The position numbers and the translations under genes were made by a program. Below the pieces are notes generated by a model. It did not search any database, was not told the DNA's origin, and worked only from the letters and a program-made list of their open reading frames with translations. Shown here piece by piece: positions 1-8,226 of a stretch of DNA of 34,948 nucleotides. The stretch comes from Trichomonas gallinae (lineage: Eukaryota): the NCBI GenBank assembly GCA_008369845.1, contig MRSU01007319.1:1-34948 (forward strand). The letters are read 5' to 3'. Each line of letters opens with the position of its first letter. Position 1 is the stretch's first letter.

Positions 1-1019
1 TCAGACAAAAGAAGACCGATGCCTTACAGCATGTTCATTTTTTTCAGAACGCCGAATCTTCCGCATTCACTGATTCACACTGTTCAAAGATCATTTAACA
101 GATCTCAATTTCAGTAATATATCAAATCAATTGGGCTGATTTTCATATTATTGACCAAAAATTGTTATAATCTTGTAGCTTCTATGACTCCGTAGAAAGC
201 ATTTGTAATCATAATTTTAATTTTTATACTAAGGTTAGGCATTTATGAAAAATCCACTACAATATTTTGTCCGTAAATGCTTAGTTGTATAAAGGTATTT
301 TGCCAATTAACTTGCCTTATATTCTTTTATCTTTAAATTTTCAATTGTTTTACTTCTTATAAATTATACCATAATAGTTTAATAAATACATATATTAGCA
401 CAATATAATGACAAGGATACAAATATATTATCCATTATCATTTAATTGAAATTTGGTAAAATATTGTCGTACATTTGATGCTGATTTGTGGTGGCGTAGA
501 GTTTCAATTGTTTTATAATATCTTTTTAAAGAGATAATCTTAATTAAAAGGTTGAATGATCCAAATTATTGCAAATTCGATGAAAAATCATACCGTTTAA
601 TAATCCTAATTTGTTCTGAGATGTACTCATAGCGTTTAAAATTATGCCTATGCCTTCCCATCACTACTAGTAACAAATTCGCATTTCTCTTGAAGTTTCG
701 AACATATTTAATTAAATAGCCGATAGAATATTGTTTAACGCGAATATATCTGCTGTTGATACATGATCATAAAGGAAAAAACTAGTTATTGGTATTCAAT
801 CAAATAATATAACGATAATGTATATATTTGATTGGTGCATAAAACTATACTATAGACGAACAGTATTTTTCTAGCATTATAGTTCTTCAATCCTCATATT
901 ATTCAGCAACGTCGTGATTTTTTTGGAATGTTTTCAGTAAATAACTATATCACACGTATTGTGTATTACATTTCCTCTCCCGGATTTCAAATATAACTGC
1001 GAGTACGAAACATTCGTTA

Positions 1020-1490
1020 AATTATCTTCAAATATAATTTTCTATGTTAGTGAACCAGCGATAATATAGCTATCTCCACTCGCGCATATTAGCCAGTATT
1101 TTGCATAATAATTCTAGATCAGTATACGTGTTTTCAAAATCGAACCAATTAAAAATAAAGGATTATCCACGTCTATCCAACAAGTTTTAGGGCAAAAAAA
1201 TCGTGTGGAAGGTATATATACTTGATTTGGTGGCTAATCCATGTTTTGTTTTCAGATTCAGAGGCGAAGTTGTCATATCGAAAATTTTATGTTAAAAACC
1301 CAATTCACATATTTACCTGCGTGCGATGATCATAAAAATTTTTGACATCAATCTCCTTTCAAAAATAAAATTCGGAATTACTCCTGTATATTATCGTCAA
1401 TAGTATTTTAATGGAAAAAATTTATTATCTCTTTGCCTACACATTTTTTTATAATAAAATTTCGTAGCAGAATAATGCCATTCGTTCTAA
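1020..1490 (+). pseudogene. Possible highly decayed DDE (rve-type) integrase relic
   Basis: Frame-shifted fragments in integrase order: YLQI*, FCIIILDQYT, FKIEPIKNK, GIYT*FGG*S, WKKFI, FYN. See findings. Confidence 0.3.
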
Positions 1491-2297
1491 AATATTTTGG
1501 TAGCATGCTCATGCGCGTACGGGAAGTTAAGTTCAGTTGGAACCAAATAATATATCATTTATTATAAAATCAAATAAATCAAATAAATTAGCAATTATGT
1601 ACGTAACTAATAATGTATTCTACATATAGATTCGTAAACAATTATATTCAATGTTAGAAAATGATTTGGATTTACTGTTCAAGATAATTCCGGAATCGAA
1701 TTTCTCGAAAAACTTTGAATTGAAGTCAGACATCAAAGCATCATCTACATATTTGTATGAATAAAGATACTGTGAAGAATTAAACGATAATCTCTTGCTT
1801 GTAGAATATAAAATCAAAAATTATTTTAGCATTTAATATTGAAGCGTAAAAAGATAAGAAATCGGTAAGAATAACTGTACACAACGACAATAACGTAGTT
1901 AGAAGGTCCAAGGGATTGAAAATTGCAATGATAGAAATTAGACCAAACAAAAATTAAAAAATTGAGAGAGGCCACTAATTTTTATTTTTGTAATTGTGAC
2001 AGATTTCGTGAGTTTAAGTGTTGACATAAGTAAAATGTCAATTGATTAGTTTTTGAGAGTAATTCAAATATTTAAAAGGCATCATAGAAACTTTAACTAT
2101 TCTTTCAAATCCTATTCTTGCTTTTTTATTTGAAAATCTGGGTTTTTATAGTGAGTTTAATACTTTTTGTTTTGGGCGAAATATCTAGAAATTATTTTTG
2201 ATTCATTATTCGTAGTAAATGGAGTACTCAAATTTAATTAAATACTGCCAATATTTAAATTTTTTGTTTGAGAACACTTCAATTTTATTTGATTGAA

Positions 2298-3020
2298 ATG
2301 TCTTCGAGATCCTCCTTAGATCGATATAGGGGGGAGAGAAGACAGGACTCATTTACTTCTTCGACACAGAAACTCATCCACTATTGTGCTTCCGACAAAA
2401 ATGGACTCTATAACTTAAATAAATTGTCGTCCAAATTAGGTTTCCATCAGAGGAGGTTTTATGATGTTATCAATGTCTTAAGTACTATAGGGTTCTGCAC
2501 GAAAGTAGACTCAGCGAGACTGCAATGGAATGGACAATCAAACGTTAAATCAACATTATCGAAACTAATGATCAATTACAACATATTCGATGAGAATACA
2601 TCTCTGGAAAGCATCTTGCCTTCTGATGGAACTATATCTATATCCAAAGTTACAGAATCATTTTTAATGTTGTTTAATTTCCTGGGTTTACAACAGTTAG
2701 ACATAAAAGAATCAAGTGCGTTTTTATCAATTCATAGTGGACGCCAGAAGACAACATTATGCAAATTATATCAAATCGCACAGATTTTAGAAGTTGCTGG
2801 TATAGTTTCTCGCACCAAGCAGACGAGTGAAATCAGAATAAATGATCCATACTTCGTCGAAATCAAATTTGATCAAAAGGAAAAAAATGATCCTCTTAAC
2901 TTGGATGTTCTACTTAATAGGCCCGTTGAAAATCTACCGCAGAGCCCTATTTTCACAAGAAGAGCCGCCTTTCAAAGTTATCTACAAAAGAAGAATAATA
3001 TAGAAGAGTCTTCACCATAG
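2298..3020 (+). CDS. Atypical E2F/DP-family winged-helix transcription factor with two DNA-binding-like domains
   Basis: First ATG at 2298 (the track starts at TTG 2268). It has the E2F signature QRRFYDVINVLSTIG followed by W-x-G (LQWNG), and a second degenerate copy CKLYQIAQILEVAGIVSR. Confidence 0.8.
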   Translation: MSSRSSLDRYRGERRQDSFTSSTQKLIHYCASDKNGLYNLNKLSSKLGFHQRRFYDVINVLSTIGFCTKVDSARLQWNGQSNVKSTLSKLMINYNIFDENTSLESILPSDGTISISKVTESFLMLFNFLGLQQLDIKESSAFLSIHSGRQKTTLCKLYQIAQILEVAGIVSRTKQTSEIRINDPYFVEIKFDQKEKNDPLNLDVLLNRPVENLPQSPIFTRRAAFQSYLQKKNNIEESSP

Positions 3021-3239
3021 ATTGTTGTTTGTTCATAAAATAAAGTTTATTCAGCGTAAATTAGTCTTTAGCCTCTTTCCAATAATTTAATTTCGTCTTT
3101 GGCTCAATAACCTTAATTATTTCAATAACCTTATTTTGTCAAAATGATTTCTTTACATTACAACGAAATTCACTTAATATATGTATCTAGAGGCATGAAA
3201 AGATGCAAGAATAACAACGAAATATATAGATAATAGGTG

Positions 3240-4496
3240 ATGGAAGAATCAGAAATCCTCAACGATCATCTCAGTGAGTTTCCCCGGTTGATAAAGTATT
3301 TCAGGATGTTTGGTGGTATCAAAGAACCAGATGCAATACGACAACAAACCCAAATTGATGCAATCGAAAAATATAATAAAAAAATTCAAAAGAGAATAAG
3401 TCAGAGAAAAAAGCCAAAGAACTATCCAGACCCTAATCAGTATTACTCAGTACGCCATTTCAATTTGACAGCACTGATTTACTTTAGTAAACAAGTTGAT
3501 GAGCGCCTTTCGGAGATTGAAGAGGATAATTTAGGTCAGCTGCTCGTACTTGTTAATGAAATGGCTTTGGCATTGTCTTCAGACAGCTCTTTATCTCTTG
3601 ATATTGAATCATTTGAAAAACACCTTCTTGAGGTAGTAAACACAGAAAAAGAATACATAAAATACCATAAATATCATATTATGTTCAAATCTAGGATAAA
3701 AGCACTTACAGCAAACTGGGGAAAAACAAATTACAGCTCACTATTAGGTCATGAGATTCTTTCTGCATTGCAAAGATACAGAAAGGATATAAAATACTCA
3801 CCACCGTCAGATTTCGATTCTCTTTTCAACGAATATTTATATTCACATCCTAAATTCTCGAAAATGATAGAGCCAACAGCTATTTTCATCGCAGACCCAA
3901 ATTTAGACAAAGAGACAATCAAATTCACTATCAATCGCTTCGCAGATGACATATATAAGTCATTAAACATGGATATGAAAGGACCGAGCAAACACGTCGT
4001 TTTCACCTCGTTAATCCGCTTGTTATTTGCAGAAGCATATACTTATGGAAGTGGTCTAAACGACTACGCAGACAAAAATGGATTATTTCTTATAAAGTGT
4101 GCAAAATTCTCAAGACAAAGTGTCCGTGAACTGAAACTAACTAATGATGTAATTTCAACTTTCACGCCTGGTCTTCCTATTTACTCTTTGTTTAAAGGTA
4201 AAAAGCTCGGCAGCCTTAAGTCCATGGAATTAATGCTGAACCCAATAGATTTGATGTATCAAGTATTTTCGAGTTTAGATGGAATTCAGAAAGCATTTGG
4301 AGGCGGAAAAGCACTTTCATTTGATGATATATTTACATTATTGTTAGCTTACATGTCTCTGAATCCGCCATCGAATGCTTATGCTATTTCGAGATTTTGT
4401 GAAAAATGGGAGATGATACAGTTCTCCAACAGCATTTCTATTTCGAAGAACTACTTCATGGCAACTGTTAATCATCTTTTAGCGCAAACAGACTAA
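3240..4496 (+). CDS. Protein with a C-terminal VPS9-like (Rab5-family GEF) domain
   Basis: 418-aa ORF from ATG 3240. The C-terminus NPIDLM...LSFDDIFTLLLAY...KNYFMATVNHL resembles the VPS9 pattern P.DKL...(S/G)ADD.LP.L.Y...Y......A. Confidence 0.55.
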   Translation: MEESEILNDHLSEFPRLIKYFRMFGGIKEPDAIRQQTQIDAIEKYNKKIQKRISQRKKPKNYPDPNQYYSVRHFNLTALIYFSKQVDERLSEIEEDNLGQLLVLVNEMALALSSDSSLSLDIESFEKHLLEVVNTEKEYIKYHKYHIMFKSRIKALTANWGKTNYSSLLGHEILSALQRYRKDIKYSPPSDFDSLFNEYLYSHPKFSKMIEPTAIFIADPNLDKETIKFTINRFADDIYKSLNMDMKGPSKHVVFTSLIRLLFAEAYTYGSGLNDYADKNGLFLIKCAKFSRQSVRELKLTNDVISTFTPGLPIYSLFKGKKLGSLKSMELMLNPIDLMYQVFSSLDGIQKAFGGGKALSFDDIFTLLLAYMSLNPPSNAYAISRFCEKWEMIQFSNSISISKNYFMATVNHLLAQTD

Positions 4497-4820
4497 TAAT
4501 ATTTATAACTGTCGTAAATTGTTTTTATTTTTCGGATCAAAATGTGTTTTTTTCATTATATAACAATAACTAAATTCTAGATAATTCTGATATTGATCAT
4601 ATCATAGTTTTCACTGCCAGTATGCCATTGAATCCGTTTCATTTAAGATTATTGGTCAAAATAATGGCATTAAAGTAAATGAACATTTGTATTATACTAT
4701 ATACTGAAGAAGGCAATAAATATTTACTTCTTTGTCCGCTATCTTCCATATATGAAATTATGAAATCATTAAAAATTCATTTTAGAGCTATAATAATCAT
4801 ATGAATGGATTTAAATAGAG

Positions 4821-5160
4821 TAAATATGGCTGTGTAATAAGCTAAAATGATTATATAGCAAGAAAAAATTCGTTGTGATTTTAAATCTTGAATATTTCAG
4901 ACTGGTTTTACGGTAAAAAGTGAAAATAATAACTAAATATGTTGATATTATTGATTTAATAAAAAAATATGGAAAAGATTTTAATAACAATAAAAACCAT
5001 ATAAATAGATTTGGAAAGTGTAGATATGGTTGAGAATTAAGTTAAAATGAAGAAATAGCAAGAAATATTTTGTTGTGATATTAAATATTGGATTTTTCTA
5101 ACATGTTTTACGGCAAAAAGTGAAAATAATCACTAAATAAGTTGATATCATTGGTTTAAT
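4821..5160. repeat. Diverged 140-bp direct repeat, two copies 200 bp apart
   Basis: 4821-4960 vs 5021-5160 align without gaps, 115/140 identical by hand count. Example: CGGTAAAAAGTGAAAATAAT vs CGGCAAAAAGTGAAAATAAT. Confidence 0.9.
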
Positions 5161-5178
5161 CAAAAATAAATTTTAATT

Positions 5179-5186
5179 GTCACTTT
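5179..5186 (+). promoter_or_regulatory. Trichomonad initiator (Inr) TCACTT
   Basis: GTCACTTT about 25-30 nt upstream of ATG 5210; fits the TCA(C/T)T(T/A) Inr consensus. Confidence 0.7.
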
Positions 5187-5209
5187 TTAACTAATTTTTT
5201 TACAAAATT

Positions 5210-5968
5210 ATGAAGCTTGGAAGTCTTGTTGCTACCCGCAAAGGTTTTACAGCTCCACCGCAAATAGACTATACACGTTACAACGATACAGTCAACCTTA
5301 GCCACAATCCGATTGCCACTCTCGAGTTCTTACCGACATTAACTGATTTCAGAGCATTAATTTTCGATGACACCAAATTAGAGTCATTATTAAAGGCTGT
5401 TCCACAACCAGAAATCGAACAATTCTCTTGCATTAACGCTCCGCTCGCTGCAAATAAATTTTTGCCAATCATGGCAGTTATTGCCTTCGGCACGAATCTT
5501 AAAGTAGTCAATGGCACAAAAATTACACCTAAGATAATTAAAGATGCTCAGACCTTGCAGGTTGATCTCTATCCATATATAATCGAAGGCTGGGTTATTG
5601 TATCTCTTTCGCCGCTTAAATTGATGAATCCGCTTACAAAGGAAAAGAAGTTTGTCAAGCTCGAGAGGGAGCCACAGGCAAATAATCAGATAGAGATCGT
5701 CTATGATCCAAATGATAATACTGAATTAGAAAACGAAAAGCAGGAAAAGATAAATAAGGCGTTGAGATATAGATTCAACGATTTGGTTCATCCACCAACA
5801 AAGCAGAAATCTCCAACAAAAACCCCAAGATCTCCGACAAAAAGTGGAGTTAAATCCCGCGGCTTTGCATCAACAACAACATCTTACCGCCAAGTTGCAC
5901 GTGAGAAATCACAGAATACAAGGGTCACAGTTAAGCCAAACGATTCGCCATTTGAAAAGAAGCAATAA
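5210..5968 (+). CDS. Short N-terminal leucine-rich-repeat protein with a basic, S/T-P-rich disordered tail
   Basis: 252-aa ORF with LRR-like VNLSHNPIATL and LIFDDTKLESL, an LRR-cap-like LKVVNG, and tail KSPTKTPRSPTK. Confidence 0.6.
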   Translation: MKLGSLVATRKGFTAPPQIDYTRYNDTVNLSHNPIATLEFLPTLTDFRALIFDDTKLESLLKAVPQPEIEQFSCINAPLAANKFLPIMAVIAFGTNLKVVNGTKITPKIIKDAQTLQVDLYPYIIEGWVIVSLSPLKLMNPLTKEKKFVKLEREPQANNQIEIVYDPNDNTELENEKQEKINKALRYRFNDLVHPPTKQKSPTKTPRSPTKSGVKSRGFASTTTSYRQVAREKSQNTRVTVKPNDSPFEKKQ

Positions 5969-6434
5969 TTTGTACTCATAGCTATTATATTTATCAGAAA
6001 TAAATGATATTTTACTTGTTGAGATAATTAATGATCGCTTTTTACCAATATTTATTACAAATAATTTAATATGTTTAAATCTTATTGAAATTTACAGGAA
6101 CATTGATATTTAGTCTTTTATAAAGCCAATTTAAAGTCCAAAATAGATCTCTTCAAAATGAATTTATAACTCTAAATTTTGCTATTATACAAATTACGTT
6201 TATAAGGACGATATGATTCTAGCATCATTTGTATCATCATTGGTACACATCTTTCAAAAGAACTAGCACTAATATTCAATTGTTATTAAATTCTCCAAAT
6301 ATTCAATAATATCAACTGCAAAGCTGGAATATGATACTAGATATTACAGTATATAATAATAACATTGCATGAATCTTTATCATGAGTCATGAATGATTGA
6401 TTAATTGTGGTGCCAGCCCCTTTATAAATTAAAG

Positions 6435-6563
6435 ATAAAAAGTGCTAATATAATAAAACTAATATAATAAAACTGTCATGTAAATGAGAAAAAATGACAA
6501 TGTAAATAATAAAAAGTGCCAATATAATAAAAAGTGTCAATGTAAATTTTAAAAGTGACAATG
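6435..6563 (+). repeat. Degenerate short tandem array of AAAAGTG(A/C/T)CAAT-like units ending at the start codon
   Basis: Units read directly: ATAAAAAGTGCTAATATA, ATAAAACTAATATA, ATAAAACTGTCATGTAAATG, AGAAAAAATGACAATGTAAATA, ATAAAAAGTGCCAATATA, ATAAAAAGTGTCAATGTAAATT, TTAAAAGTGACAATG. Confidence 0.75.
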
Positions 6564-7565
6564 AATGATTATTTATCAGCTGTGCCTCGAGCGCAGCTTT
6601 TTGATGCAGTTGCAAAACTAGGAATTCGGCCTAGATTTGATGCATCCCAGGAAGAGCTTGTTAAAATTATACGTGATCAAATTAAACAAACAGATATAAA
6701 ACAAGAAAAAGATTTGCAAGGAGAATCATTAGATTATCGCTTAGATAACATCGTCAAAAACGTTTTAATAGCATTAATTATATCAATTCTCTTGTTTTTC
6801 GTAGTATTAATTTTTAATATTTCTCGTCCAACGAAAAAATCATTTTGTGATTCTGGAACTACAAGTAAAACATGCATTAGATGTCCCTCTAATGCTAATT
6901 GCTCCGAAGGAAAGGCATATTGTCGGCCAGGATTCAAACTTTTACATCATTTATGCATATTAGACGACGATGACGCAATATATGTATCGAGTTTAGTTGA
7001 ATATGAATTGAAGCTTCTTGAAAAACAAGCTGGTTTATACGAATGCAGAACATCTAAAACTAAATATATTTCAACGAACGATTTGATAATTCAAATGATT
7101 CGTCATTCGAAATTTAAGAGCATAGATATCGAGTACATGGCAAATAAAGCTATTGATCATTTAATATTCGAAGATTCAATTTCAAATATCACCGAAAAAA
7201 GTGAAAAATACTACGCATCAGATTATATACAAAGACCTATTTCGTGTGTAATCCGTCAAAATATTGAATCTCATATAATTTCAGTTCTTTTTGCATCATT
7301 CCTATTATTAGCTACTGCAGTATATATTTTTATACAAAGTAATATCAGAAATAGAAAGCAGCAGTCATTTTTGATTGCTCAATCAATTGCAAGCTCATAT
7401 AATAAATATAGCTTCCCTGTAACAGAAGCAGCAATACGCAGCAACTTGAAAAATGTCGCTCCAGAATACGAGAATTTAATGCCTTACGTTCTCAATGAAT
7501 TGAAAAGAAATCCAAAAGTGAAAACTTCATTCAATGCTGGATCCTTTACTTTTAGATTTGATTAG
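6561..7565 (+). CDS. LEM2/MAN1/Src1(Heh1)-like inner nuclear membrane protein (HeH/LEM-like N-terminus plus MSC domain)
   Basis: ATG at 6561. Helix-extension-helix-like PRAQLFDAVAKLGIRPRFDASQEELVKII; TM1 (VLIALIISILLFFVVLIF); lumenal FCDS...CIRCPSNANC...C..GF......CILD...LEKQAGLYEC, as in MSC domains; TM2 (IISVLFASFLLLATAVYIFI); short winged-helix-like tail. Confidence 0.75.
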   Translation: MNDYLSAVPRAQLFDAVAKLGIRPRFDASQEELVKIIRDQIKQTDIKQEKDLQGESLDYRLDNIVKNVLIALIISILLFFVVLIFNISRPTKKSFCDSGTTSKTCIRCPSNANCSEGKAYCRPGFKLLHHLCILDDDDAIYVSSLVEYELKLLEKQAGLYECRTSKTKYISTNDLIIQMIRHSKFKSIDIEYMANKAIDHLIFEDSISNITEKSEKYYASDYIQRPISCVIRQNIESHIISVLFASFLLLATAVYIFIQSNIRNRKQQSFLIAQSIASSYNKYSFPVTEAAIRSNLKNVAPEYENLMPYVLNELKRNPKVKTSFNAGSFTFRFD

Positions 7566-8189
7566 ATTTTGTTTACTCTAATAAATTTTTTGTTTGTTTT
7601 AGATTTTAATAGTAGCATTTATTAAATTTGTATCAAACAGAAACTATGTGACTTTTGGTTGTTTCTGATAAAATATATATGATTCATTTGAGAATGAAAG
7701 CATATGTAACTAGTGATAGTCTTGTTTATATATTGTAAAATGAAAATAATTTTTCTAAAAAAAGCAAAACTAAATGTGTATTAAGAATATTGGATATATT
7801 ATGAGATTTATGATTTATATTCTCGTATAACTATGCTCTGATTATAAATGTTTGAATGAATTTATAATATCATACAAAGGAAGTCATAAGTTGACGCATC
7901 ACTACAATAAAAATGTTTTAATTTGGAAAACCATTGTATATATTTGTGTGTCACAGTTTAAATACATGAAAATATTATAATCAATATTTTATTTTGTTTT
8001 ATGGACTATTTTAGTATTTTAAAACTACCCGTTACTATATATAGATTTCATATCTAATGTTTTTGATGTGTAGTGTATGAATTCCGACAACTTCAAGAAC
8101 GAATGGAATTTGAGCCACAAAATTTTGTCTATAAGGTTTCTATTCGAAATAGATGCTATATTTTAAATAAAAACGAAGATTTTAAATTA

Positions 8190-8197
8190 GTCACTTT
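8190..8197 (+). promoter_or_regulatory. Trichomonad initiator (Inr) TCACTT
   Basis: GTCACTTT about 30-36 nt upstream of ATG 8227. Confidence 0.7.
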
Positions 8198-8226
8198 TCG
8201 TAGCTTTTTTACAACATTTCAGAAAA

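Noticed and set aside
1..900. BspA/LRR-like fragments on the minus strand (ITNAFYG, CSKLQE)
   Set aside because: Too short and scattered among stop codons to support a pseudogene call.
6435..6563. CRISPR-like array
   Set aside because: The units are degenerate and adjacent without unique spacers, there are no cas genes, and the context is eukaryotic.
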